A stretch of DNA of 64,000 bases from an uncultured Microthrixaceae bacterium (GTDB lineage: Bacteria > Actinomycetota > Acidimicrobiia > Acidimicrobiales > CAVOFX01): NCBI GenBank assembly GCA_963695115.1, contig CAVOFX010000002.1, forward strand, positions 4,427-68,426. Reading direction: 5' to 3'. How positions within the stretch are numbered: the first letter of the stretch is position 1; every line of letters begins with the position of its first letter. The translations under genes and the position numbers were made by a program. Below, piece after piece: positions 48,021 to 56,252 of the stretch. The notes under the pieces are model-generated. The model had not been told where the DNA came from. It was given only the letters and a program-made list of their open reading frames with translations, and searched no databases.

Positions 48021-49421
48021 TCAGGAACCCGCGGCCAGCAGCTCTCCGTAGGCCTCGCGCATGCAGGACTCGAGGAGCACAGGGTCCTCCACCGCACCCC
48101 GGTCGACGTGGAGCCCCATGTCGAACGAACCGCAGTAGCTCATCGCGGTGAGGTTGAAAGCAGTCCCCGCGACGGGACCGAGCGGGAAGTTGGCCTCGAT
48201 GCGGGCACCGGCGATGTACAGGTCGAACGGGGCGGCCCGCAGGTTCGACGTCGTGAAGTCGACGGTCTCGATCTGTTGGCGGGCCAGCCGCACCAGGACA
48301 GAGGTGGGCAGCAGGTTGAGGGCGCCGGCCAGAGCCGCCGTGAGCCCGATCGCCTTCTCGGACTTGGTCGTCGAGAGTCGCCGGTGCACCTCCTGGAACC
48401 GGGTCACCACATCCGACGGTCCGGTGGGAACCAGCACCCTGGTCGGCGCGAAGGCGTTCCCGCCGATCGATCCGTCACGCCTCGAGCTGACCGGCATCGC
48501 CATCCGCAGAGCCTCGACCTCGCTACCCATGGCGTGGTGGTAGGCACCGGCACCGTGGGCGGCTCCGGTCACGAAGAGGTCGTTGACGCTGCCTCCGAGG
48601 TTCTTGGCCGCTCGCCTGGCCTCGTCGAACGGGATCTGCAGCGGGGTGAACCATCGGCGGAGCGATCGGTGTCGCCACAGCGGGGAGCGTGAGGAGCCGG
48701 GCACCATCACCTGTCGGGCGGCCGAGCGGGTCAGCTCGGGAAGCCCGGTGCCTGCGTCGACCAGCCGTGAGGGGTGTCGCACCGCTCCGGTGGTGAAGCT
48801 GAGCGAGCGCTGGGCCACACCGGCGACGCGCCGCGCCCCGTGTCCCATCGTTCCCATCGTCACCTCGGCCAGGTTCGTCACGGTCGGCACCGGTGCCGGG
48901 ATCCCGACTGGCTCGGGATCCTCGGCATCGGCCGTGAGGTCGACCATCCGTTCGGACATCCGGATCCCGCCCTCGCCGTCGGTGACGGTGTGGTGCATCT
49001 TCTGGAGCATCGCCGTTCGACCGTCAGGGAGACCGTCGATGAAGGTGAACTCCCAGAGCGGCCGCGTCCGATCGAGCGGCTGCTGCACCAGCTGGGCGGC
49101 GAGCGCGAAGAGCTCCTGCTCGGAGGCGCCGGCCGGAAGGCCGATGTGCCGAAGGTGGTAGCCGAGATCGAGCTCGGGATCGTCCCGCCACTCCGGGGGG
49201 GAGAGGCGGCCGAGCCCGGACACGACCCGCTGTCGGAGCCTGGGGATCGTCGAGACCACGTAGGCGAAGCGCCGCCGGATCCGGTCGTGGTCGGGAGCCC
49301 GATCGAAGAGGGTGAGGCTGCCGAACGTCGTCGAGAGCGCCGGGTCCTTCTCGACCGTCCACATCATCGCCTCGAGGTCGGTCATCCGACGCTCGGAGCG
49401 GATCGGTCGATCTTCCCTCAT
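48021..49421 (-). CDS. wax ester synthase/diacylglycerol acyltransferase (WS/DGAT)
   Basis: The catalytic motif is HHTVTDGEG. Other matches: ...MTDLEAMMWTVEKDP...RPLWEFTFIDGLPDGRTAMLQKMHH...GGSVNDLFV...SNLRAAPFDLYIAG. The start ATG at 49421 overlaps the PAP2 stop (ATGA). Confidence 0.9.
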   Translation of the reverse strand: MREDRPIRSERRMTDLEAMMWTVEKDPALSTTFGSLTLFDRAPDHDRIRRRFAYVVSTIPRLRQRVVSGLGRLSPPEWRDDPELDLGYHLRHIGLPAGASEQELFALAAQLVQQPLDRTRPLWEFTFIDGLPDGRTAMLQKMHHTVTDGEGGIRMSERMVDLTADAEDPEPVGIPAPVPTVTNLAEVTMGTMGHGARRVAGVAQRSLSFTTGAVRHPSRLVDAGTGLPELTRSAARQVMVPGSSRSPLWRHRSLRRWFTPLQIPFDEARRAAKNLGGSVNDLFVTGAAHGAGAYHHAMGSEVEALRMAMPVSSRRDGSIGGNAFAPTRVLVPTGPSDVVTRFQEVHRRLSTTKSEKAIGLTAALAGALNLLPTSVLVRLARQQIETVDFTTSNLRAAPFDLYIAGARIEANFPLGPVAGTAFNLTAMSYCGSFDMGLHVDRGAVEDPVLLESCMREAYGELLAAGS

Positions 49422-49975
49422 GGGGTCAGAGTACGTTCGCCCCGGGGGCGTCGAGGCCAGATCCGGCGGGCGAGCGCACCGAACGCGATGCCGACGGCAG
49501 CACCCCCGAGCACATCGGACGCGTGGTGGATTCGGACGTACACCCTGCTCGTCGCCACCACAACAGCGGCCCCGTAGTAGAGGGACTTGAGCCGGGAGTC
49601 CTCCGAGAGGAGGGCGGCGGCGGTGAAGGCGGCGCTGGCGTGACCGCTGGGGAAGCTGCTGGTCAGCGGACGCCGCAGGCGGTGGGGCCGCTCGTGCTCG
49701 TGCACCGGGCGTTGGCGGTCGAACAGGCGCTTCACCCCCTGGTTCACCACAAGGGACTCGAGGCCGATCGCGGTGCTGAGCCGGACGAGCTCCCGTCGTC
49801 TGTCCGGTGAGTTGAGCGCCTTGGCCGTGCCCAGGAGGAACCAGATGAGGCTGAAGTCGGCGAGCTCCGATGCGGTGTAGAAGGTCCGGTCGAGGAGTGG
49901 ATCGCCCCGGAGCCGGTCGAAGGCCCGGTCGACCGCGTCGTCGAAGCGTTCGACAGCCGAGGGCTCGGTGCTCAC
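49418..49975 (-). CDS. PAP2 superfamily phosphatase (membrane)
   Basis: Motifs: KRLFDRQRP ... SFPSGHASAAF ... SRVYVRIHHASDVLGG. Confidence 0.85.
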   Translation of the reverse strand: MSTEPSAVERFDDAVDRAFDRLRGDPLLDRTFYTASELADFSLIWFLLGTAKALNSPDRRRELVRLSTAIGLESLVVNQGVKRLFDRQRPVHEHERPHRLRRPLTSSFPSGHASAAFTAAALLSEDSRLKSLYYGAAVVVATSRVYVRIHHASDVLGGAAVGIAFGALARRIWPRRPRGERTLTP

Positions 49976-50072
49976 CGGCGAGATGGTAGGCGGGGTGAGG
50001 GCACGCGTGGCGATCGGGCAAGCCGGCTCCGATCTTCCCGGATGATGGATCGTGGGCGCCAGGCAGTGATCC

Positions 50073-50912
50073 TCAGCTGACCGCTGGGGAGACCTCTACC
50101 AGCTCCGACTCGGCGCCCACGGTGAGCCCGTTGGCGCGGGCGGGATCCCCTCCGAACGCGGGGCAGTACGCGTGGAACGAGCACCAGTCGCAGAGCTTCG
50201 AGGGTCGGGGTCGGAAGTCCTCGCTCTCGCACGCGCGCACCACGGCCTTCCAGATTGCCCTCACCCTGGTCTCCAGCCCGCGCGTCGACTGGTCGGTCGG
50301 CTGGCAGACGATCGCGGTGGGTTGGCCGAGGTACAGCAGCTGTATTCGGGCGGGGCGTTCTCCGAAGGCCTGCTCGCAGAGGTAGGAGTAGAAGTGGACG
50401 CCACCGAGCCGACTCTGTTCGAAGCGCGCACCCGGCGCCCGGCCGGTCTTGTAGTCGGTCACCACGAGCCGGCCGCTCTCGTCCAGCTCGAGTCGGTCGA
50501 TGATGCCGCGGAGGTGGAGATCTCCGACCGCCGCCTCGAGCATCAGCTCGAGGCCGATCGGATTCACTGCGGCTGGGTCCTCGAGCTCGAAGTACTTCCT
50601 GACCAGGTCCTCGGCGTCGTTGACGAAGCGGGCCTCGTCCTCGGCGGACAGGCCGAGCCCTGTGAACTCGGGGTGGTCCTGGATCTCGTCGACGGCCCTG
50701 GCCAGCGAGGTGAGTGCCTGCGGGAGCGTGCGCGCCTCGGCCGGTTCGCAGAAGAGGAGCTCCAGCGCTCGGTGCACCAGGGAGCCCTTCGTCGCTGCGG
50801 CGGAAGGGGGCTCGGGGAGCTTGTCGATCGCCGAGAACCGGAACGCAAGGGCGCAGTCCTTGAACGCCGAGACCTTGCTGGGTGAGAGCGTGCCGGGCGG
50901 TGCGAGGGCCAT
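50073..50912 (-). CDS. PD-(D/E)XK (RecB/Cas4-like) family nuclease with C-terminal Cys cluster
   Basis: LSPSKVSAFKDCALAFRF...GSLVHRALE...GIIDRLELDESGRLVVTDYKTG...QLLYL...CDWCSFHAYCPAF. Confidence 0.8.
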   Translation of the reverse strand: MALAPPGTLSPSKVSAFKDCALAFRFSAIDKLPEPPSAAATKGSLVHRALELLFCEPAEARTLPQALTSLARAVDEIQDHPEFTGLGLSAEDEARFVNDAEDLVRKYFELEDPAAVNPIGLELMLEAAVGDLHLRGIIDRLELDESGRLVVTDYKTGRAPGARFEQSRLGGVHFYSYLCEQAFGERPARIQLLYLGQPTAIVCQPTDQSTRGLETRVRAIWKAVVRACESEDFRPRPSKLCDWCSFHAYCPAFGGDPARANGLTVGAESELVEVSPAVS

Positions 50913-50977
50913 GGGTTCAACCCTACGCCGGGGCGGTGACAGCTTTGCCGGACCGGGGCGGGCATCCCGCCGGCACC

Positions 50978-51694
50978 TCAGCCCTGACGGTCGGCCAGCT
51001 GGGCCTCGAGCCCCCTGATCACCACCTCCACAGCCTGGGCGAAGACCTGCTCCCCCGAGCCGGCGGAGTCGAGGTGCTCCACGTAGGAGCGGGCGTTCGG
51101 GACCGAGTCGCTCAACACGTCGTCCAGGCGGTGCCAGCCCTGCTTGACCCGCTCCTCGACCGACTTGGGAGGTTCGCCCTCCTTTCGCCCGACGAGCAGC
51201 TGGTAGGCCTCGAAGTGCGAGCGGCTGATCGCCACCGAGGCCAGGACGTTCAGCGCCTCGGCGGCCTCGACCTCACCGAAACCCGCGTCACGTAGCGCGC
51301 CCACGCCGTACTCGATGAGGGGTAGGGCACTCGGCGGGTAGTTCTGATAGGTGTAGAGCTGGTCAGCGATGCCCGGGTAGTCGGTGAGCACCGAGTGCAC
51401 CGCCCAGGAGAGCCGCCTCAGTCGCTCCTGCCACGCGCCTTCCGGACCCGGGAGCTCGATGAGGGAGAGCACCCGATCGGTGACCGCGTCGATGAGCTCG
51501 TCCTTGCTCTTGAAGTACCAGTAGATCGCCATCGAGGTGACGCCGAGCTCGTCACCGAGCTTCCGCATGCTCATGCCGTCGAGGCCGAACCGCCGTGTGA
51601 GCGTGAGCGCGGCGTCGACGATCTGAGACCTCTCCAGGAGCGGTCCGTCCGGCCGGGCACCGCCCGGTCTCCTGCGGCTCTCCGTGCCGGTCAT
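50978..51694 (-). CDS. TetR family transcriptional regulator
   Basis: MTGTESRRR...IVDAALTLTRRFGLDGMSMRKLGDELGVTSMAIYWYFKSKDELI. This is the tail of track ORF 50978..51988. Confidence 0.85.
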   Translation of the reverse strand: MTGTESRRRPGGARPDGPLLERSQIVDAALTLTRRFGLDGMSMRKLGDELGVTSMAIYWYFKSKDELIDAVTDRVLSLIELPGPEGAWQERLRRLSWAVHSVLTDYPGIADQLYTYQNYPPSALPLIEYGVGALRDAGFGEVEAAEALNVLASVAISRSHFEAYQLLVGRKEGEPPKSVEERVKQGWHRLDDVLSDSVPNARSYVEHLDSAGSGEQVFAQAVEVVIRGLEAQLADRQG

Positions 51695-51746
51695 CGTCCC
51701 TCCAGCTTCGAGAAGCCTTCTCGCCCGTAGAGGTTGCCACACACCA

Positions 51747-52595
51747 TCAGGGTCGAGCGTGCTTGTCGGTGCGGCCCGCGAAGGCGGCCCGGATCGAGGA
51801 CGCGATCTCGTCCGGAGCCTCCAGCGGGCCGAAGTGGCCCAGGTGCTCTCTGGCCTCCAGGTGTCCGTTGGGTAGGGCGGCGGCCACCGACGCGGCCATC
51901 GACGCCGGACCAGGGTCGATCCGCCCACGCACCACGGTGACGGGGCAGCTGACCAGGTGGAGGTGGTCGAATGCGTCGTGCTGCCCACCCATCTCGTACA
52001 CCCTCGCCTCGTGCTCCGGGTGGCACTTCAGGAGCACCGATCCGTCCGGTTGTTCGGAGAACCCGCCTCTCACGTACGCCCAGATGCTCTCCTCGGGCAT
52101 CCCACCGAACGGCGGCTTGGAAGCGAAGTTCTCGAAGGCGGCGTCCCACGAGGGGAAGCCGGTGCGCCGCCGGCGCGCGCCCGCGGCCATGAAGTTCTCT
52201 CCATCGGTCGGGATCCGGGCCGGGAAGACCACCGGCTCGAACACCCAGAGTGCATCGAACGTCCCCGGCCGGCGCTGCTCGGCCATGAGCAGTGCCGCTC
52301 CACCCTTGGAGTGGCCGGCCGCGACCAGTCCCGGCGCGAGCTCCAGGGCGTCGACGACCGCGAGGACGTCGTCGGCGAACCCCTGCCATTCGAAGGTGTG
52401 GTCGGGGGGAGCTGTGGAGTCGCCGTGGCCCCTGAGATCGGGGGCCAGGCAGTGCCACTCCTGCAGGCGGGCGGCGACCGGTTCCCAGCAACGGCCGTGC
52501 AGGCCGGTGGCGTGGGCCAGCAGCAGGGGCGGTCCCTCGCCATCCAGGTCGTGGAGTGCCAGCTCGACCCCGTCGGTGCTGCTGATGGGCGACAC
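51747..52595 (-). CDS. alpha/beta hydrolase
   Basis: VSPISSTDGVELALHDLDGEGPPLLLAHATGLHGRCWEPVA...APDLRGHGDS...VAAGHSKGGAALL...HLGHFGPLE. The GTG at 52595 is my choice. The track ORF extends to 52877 only by reading through the 72-bp repeats. Confidence 0.75.
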   Translation of the reverse strand: MSPISSTDGVELALHDLDGEGPPLLLAHATGLHGRCWEPVAARLQEWHCLAPDLRGHGDSTAPPDHTFEWQGFADDVLAVVDALELAPGLVAAGHSKGGAALLMAEQRRPGTFDALWVFEPVVFPARIPTDGENFMAAGARRRRTGFPSWDAAFENFASKPPFGGMPEESIWAYVRGGFSEQPDGSVLLKCHPEHEARVYEMGGQHDAFDHLHLVSCPVTVVRGRIDPGPASMAASVAAALPNGHLEAREHLGHFGPLEAPDEIASSIRAAFAGRTDKHARP

Positions 52596-52643
52596 GGGGG
52601 GAATGGTGGCAGGCCCGGGCAGTGGAAGCGAAGCCCCGACATC

Positions 52644-52894
52644 GCATCGACCCACCCCCACCCAGCGAACCGTCGGTTCAGACGCCAGGATTTCCGGCGC
52701 CTCAGCCGGAAGTTCGCATCGACCCACCCCCTGCCAGCGAACCGTCGGTTCAGACGCCAGGATTTCCGGCGCCTCAGCCGGAAGTTCGCATCGACCCACC
52801 CCCTGCCAGCGAACCGTCGGTTCAGACGCCAGGATTTCCGGCGCCTCAGGCGGAAGTTCGCAACGACGCACCCCCACCCAGCGAACCGTCGGTT
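52644..52894. repeat. 72-bp tandem repeat array, left arm (3 full units + 35-bp partial)
   Basis: Units are 52644-52715, 52716-52787 and 52788-52859, with a partial at 52860-52894. The consensus is gcatcgacccaccccctgccagcgaaccgtcggttcagacgccaggatttccggcgcctcagccggaagttc. Confidence 0.95.
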
Positions 52895-52934
52895 GTCCAG
52901 GGGGTTCCGGGTATCGGAGGACGGGGCGGTCGCG

Positions 52935-53867
52935 TCACGGCCGGCGTCGCGTGGCGAGCCCGGCGAGCTCTCGGCTCAGGGTCCTGGTGGCCACGTCCAG
53001 GAGCAGCTCCAGCCCGCTGTCGACGACGACGAAGGCGTCCGAGCTGATGCCGTTCTCGAGGATGATCCGATGCGGGGAGAGGCGGACCGTCGCTTCGGTG
53101 TCCTCTGCGCGCACGCCGATCGCGAGTGGACCCGGCAACCTGAGCACCACCGCCCGCACAGCGGCGTTGGCCAGGTACTGCGGCACCGCGTCGGCCAGCA
53201 TGTGGACCACGAGGTTGGCCTCTTCCCGCGGCGGTCGGTCTATCGGCGGGAGGGCAGGTGCAAGGCGGGTCGCGAGACGCATCGCCCCCGCCGCCAGGAA
53301 CAGCGGCGTGGCCAGAGGTGCGGTGGCGGAGACGAGGAAGGTCTCCCAGACCGCGGCCGGGAAGTCGAAGGGCCGGCGACCCCGCAGGCGGGCCCACAGC
53401 CCGTCAGCCGTGTTGCCTGCCAGCGAGGAGAGCTCTGCCACAGCGACCGTTGCCCGGACCGATCGGACGGCCCGGGGCGGCAGCACCTCCTGCAGAGCGG
53501 TGGCGTCGACGGGCCCACCGGCCAGTGCGGAGTCGCGGGCGAAGTCCAGCAGCACGGGGAGCGCCTCGTCGATCTCCCCTTCGCCGAGGAAGTCCCTCCA
53601 GGCACCGTGGATCCAGGCGGTGTAACGGCAGCCGTTCACCTCTGTCACGGCCATGACGATCTGCTCCCGCGAGCGTGGCGAGAGACTCCGGCTGCCGGGC
53701 AGGACGCCGTCGAGGAGTCCACCGGCGCTCGAGCCGAGCTCTGCCAGCCACGGCACGAGGCGCTGGGGAGTCGCCGTAGGCCGGGCGAACAGGTCCACGG
53801 CCCAAGCGTACGCCCGGACTCGTTCGGTGCCGGGGAGCAGGTGATCCGGCGTGTCGGCCCGGTCCAC
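52935..53867 (-). CDS. AhpD/carboxymuconolactone decarboxylase-like domain protein with SCP2-like C-terminal region
   Basis: 310 aa. The segment ...REQIVMAVTEVNGCRYTAWIHGAW... resembles the CMD/AhpD-like helix motif, with the second Cys replaced. The C-terminal segment ...PLAIGVRAEDTEATVRLSPHRIILENGISSDAFVVVDSGLELLLDV resembles an SCP2 sterol-binding fold. Both domain calls come from pattern memory only. Confidence 0.65.
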   Translation of the reverse strand: MDRADTPDHLLPGTERVRAYAWAVDLFARPTATPQRLVPWLAELGSSAGGLLDGVLPGSRSLSPRSREQIVMAVTEVNGCRYTAWIHGAWRDFLGEGEIDEALPVLLDFARDSALAGGPVDATALQEVLPPRAVRSVRATVAVAELSSLAGNTADGLWARLRGRRPFDFPAAVWETFLVSATAPLATPLFLAAGAMRLATRLAPALPPIDRPPREEANLVVHMLADAVPQYLANAAVRAVVLRLPGPLAIGVRAEDTEATVRLSPHRIILENGISSDAFVVVDSGLELLLDVATRTLSRELAGLATRRRP

Positions 53868-53885
53868 CTGCCCGGGCGGAACCTC

Positions 53886-54105
53886 CCACCGACGGTTGCG
53901 AACTTCCGCCTGAGGCGCCGGAAATCCTGCCGTCTGAACCGACGGTTCGCTGGCAGGGGGTGGGTCGATGCGAACTTCCGCCTGAGGCGCCGGAGATCCT
54001 GGCGCCTGAACCGACGGTTCGCTGGGTGGGGGTGGGTCGATGCGAACTTCCGCCTGAGGCGCTGGAAATCCTGGCGCCTGAACCGACGGTTCGCTGGGAG
54101 GGGGT
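53886..54105. repeat. 72-bp tandem repeat array, right arm (inverted orientation; 14-bp partial + 2 full units + truncated third)
   Basis: Units are 53900-53971, 53972-54043 and 54044-~54105. Unit 53900-53971 differs from the reverse complement of 52716-52787 at 2 of 72 positions (hand alignment). Confidence 0.95.
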
Positions 54106-54129
54106 CGAGCCGGCAGGTCAGTCGGTGCG

Positions 54130-55329
54130 TCAGCGGAAGGCGTTGAGGCCGGTGATCGTCTGGCCCAGGACCAGCTGGTGCACCTCGTTGGTTCCCTCGT
54201 AGGTGTACACGGACTCGAGGTTGTTCATGTGGCGGATGATCGGGTACTCGAGCGTGATCCCGTTCGCTCCGAGCACGGAGCGCGCCTCACGCGCAACCCA
54301 CAGCGCCTCGCGGACGTTGTCGAGCTTCCCGAAGCTGACCTGCGCGGGGCTGAGCCGGCCCTCGTCCTTCAGCCGTCCGAGGTGCAGCGCGAGGAGGGTC
54401 CCCTTCTCGACGCGGAGCATCATCTCGACCAGCTTGCGCTGCGTGAGCTGGAAGCTCGCTATCGGCTGTCCGAACTGCTCGCGGTCGAGCGAGTAGCGGA
54501 GGGCGGTCTCGTAGCAGGTGCGGGCCGCACCCATCGCCCCCCAGAGGATCCCGAAGCGGGCCTCGTTCAGGCACGACAGCGGCCCGCGCATCGACGAGAC
54601 CTCGGGTAGGCGCGCCGACTCGGGCACCCGCACGTCGTCCATGACCAGCTCTGACGTCACCGAGGCCCGCAGCGAGAGCTTGTGCGGGATGTCGGTGGCC
54701 GCGAAGCCGGGGGAGTCGGTCGGGACGATGAAGCCGGCGTAGCTCCCCGCCTCGTCGGGCGTGCGGGCCCAGACGACCGCCAGGTCCGCGACGCTGCCGT
54801 TGGTGATCCACATCTTGGTGCCGTTCAACACCCAGTCGCCGCCGTCCCGCCTGGCGTGGGTGCGCATGCCGGCGGGATCGCTCCCCGAGTCGGGCTCGGT
54901 GAGTCCGAAGCAGCCGATCGCCTCTCCCGAGGCCATCTGCGGGAGCCACTCCTGCTTCTGGTCCTCCGACCCGAAGCGCCAGATCGGGAACATCGCCAGC
55001 GAGCCCTGGACGGAGACGAACGAGCGGGCCCCGCTGTCGGCGGCTTCCAGCTCGAGACAGGCCAGCCCGTACTGCACCGCGCTGGAGCCCGCGCAGCCGT
55101 AGCCGTCGAGGTGCATGCCGAGCAGCCCGAGCTCACCCATCTCCGTGGCGAGCTCGCGGGGGAACACCCCGGCCTCGAACCACCCGGCGACCCCGGGGAG
55201 GATCCGATCCGTCACGTAGCGGTGGACGGTGTCACGGAGCATCAGCTCGTCGTCCGAGAGCAGCGAGCCGATCGCCAGGAGGTCCAGGGGATCGGGATCG
55301 GCGTGCGTGTGCTCTCGTGGCTCGCTCAT
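54130..55329 (-). CDS. acyl-CoA dehydrogenase (glutaryl-CoA dehydrogenase-like)
   Basis: MSEPREHTHADPDPLDLLAIGSLLSDDE...GCFGLTEPDSGSDPAGMRTHARRDGGDWVLNGTKMWITNG...YTYEGTNEVHQLVLGQTITG. I chose the ATG at 55329. Confidence 0.9.
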   Translation of the reverse strand: MSEPREHTHADPDPLDLLAIGSLLSDDELMLRDTVHRYVTDRILPGVAGWFEAGVFPRELATEMGELGLLGMHLDGYGCAGSSAVQYGLACLELEAADSGARSFVSVQGSLAMFPIWRFGSEDQKQEWLPQMASGEAIGCFGLTEPDSGSDPAGMRTHARRDGGDWVLNGTKMWITNGSVADLAVVWARTPDEAGSYAGFIVPTDSPGFAATDIPHKLSLRASVTSELVMDDVRVPESARLPEVSSMRGPLSCLNEARFGILWGAMGAARTCYETALRYSLDREQFGQPIASFQLTQRKLVEMMLRVEKGTLLALHLGRLKDEGRLSPAQVSFGKLDNVREALWVAREARSVLGANGITLEYPIIRHMNNLESVYTYEGTNEVHQLVLGQTITGLNAFR

Positions 55330-55382
55330 CGGGCTCAGCGTAGGGGGCTGCTGCCGGAGCGTGCCGATACGCTGGCGGCTCG

Positions 55383-56165
55383 ATGGGCAGGGACCGCGGC
55401 GATCGCTGGGGTGAGGGTGCGAGCGAGCTCGACGCCGCGAGCCCATACCTCGCGCTTGCCAGAGAGATCCAGCGCGAGGTGGAAGCCGTCGTCGAGGATC
55501 CGGAGGCGGATGGCGAGGCCCTCGTGGAGGCGATCAAGGCGGTACCGGCGCGAGAGCGGTCTCGCATGATCAAGACCGCCTTCGAGAGGCTCCCCGCCGA
55601 GCGACAGTGGGAGATCCTCGAGGCAGCGTTCGGTGACGACGAGATCCGCTCTCATCTGGAACGGGAACGGGCCGCTCACCTCGATGCTCTACGACGATCC
55701 TCCGACCTGGACGCGCTCGTGACCCGTGCCCGCGCCACCAGCCACCTCGATCTGCGCGAGCTACCCAGCACAGTCCAGCTCGCGGTCGGCTTGTTCAGGC
55801 CCTCGGACGTTCGAGCGGCGCTCCGGAAGGGCCATCTCTCAGACAGCTGTGCGCGGATTCTCGTCGTCCGTCCCGTGGATCGGGAGGGCGGGGTCCGGGT
55901 CATCGATGACTCCTTCAACCCCAGGGGTGGCTTGTTCGTGACTGCTGAGTACGACGAGGCCACATGGAGCAGGGAGCAGATCCCGAGCCACACGGTGGTG
56001 CGGCTCGGCTCCATCGCGGGGCACGGTGGCGATCGCCAGCTCGAGCCCTTGCTCTACGCAGGGGCCCGGGTCGATGTCGAGATCAGCGGTGAGATCATCG
56101 AGGGACAGCTCCACTTGGGCTTCGCTATGTTGGGTGACCGGGATGTCTTCAGCGGGCTCGGGTGA
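55383..56165 (+). CDS. conserved hypothetical protein (260 aa)
   Basis: The ORF is intact with a coding-like composition (…ERLPAERQWEILEAAFGDDEIRSHLERERAAHLDAL…VIDDSFNPRGGLFVTAEYDEATW…). Confidence 0.6.
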   Translation: MGRDRGDRWGEGASELDAASPYLALAREIQREVEAVVEDPEADGEALVEAIKAVPARERSRMIKTAFERLPAERQWEILEAAFGDDEIRSHLERERAAHLDALRRSSDLDALVTRARATSHLDLRELPSTVQLAVGLFRPSDVRAALRKGHLSDSCARILVVRPVDREGGVRVIDDSFNPRGGLFVTAEYDEATWSREQIPSHTVVRLGSIAGHGGDRQLEPLLYAGARVDVEISGEIIEGQLHLGFAMLGDRDVFSGLG

Positions 56166-56252
56166 CGACCGGATGCTGCGTCGAGGAAGCAACGGCACGG
56201 AAGGCGCGGCGAGAGGCGCTGCGTCCCGTTCGACGGGAAGGGGGGTGCCTGC

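Noticed and set aside
52596-52877. N-terminal extension of the alpha/beta hydrolase through the 72-bp repeats (MGVRRCELPPEAPEILASEPTVRWQGVG x3), and the mirror ORF 53960..54202 on the plus strand.
   Set aside because: The same peptide appears on opposite strands in the two arms only because the arms are inverted copies. The plus-strand copy leads into no gene. Openness of the frame follows from the unit being 72 bp and GC-rich. The hydrolase homology starts near 52595.
52644-54105. CRISPR array interpretation of the 72-bp repeats (and of the 18-bp repeat at 12949-13092).
   Set aside because: The units are directly contiguous with no unique spacers. The unit sizes (72 bp and 18 bp) do not fit, and the 18-bp repeat lies inside a coding region. 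No cas genes are present.
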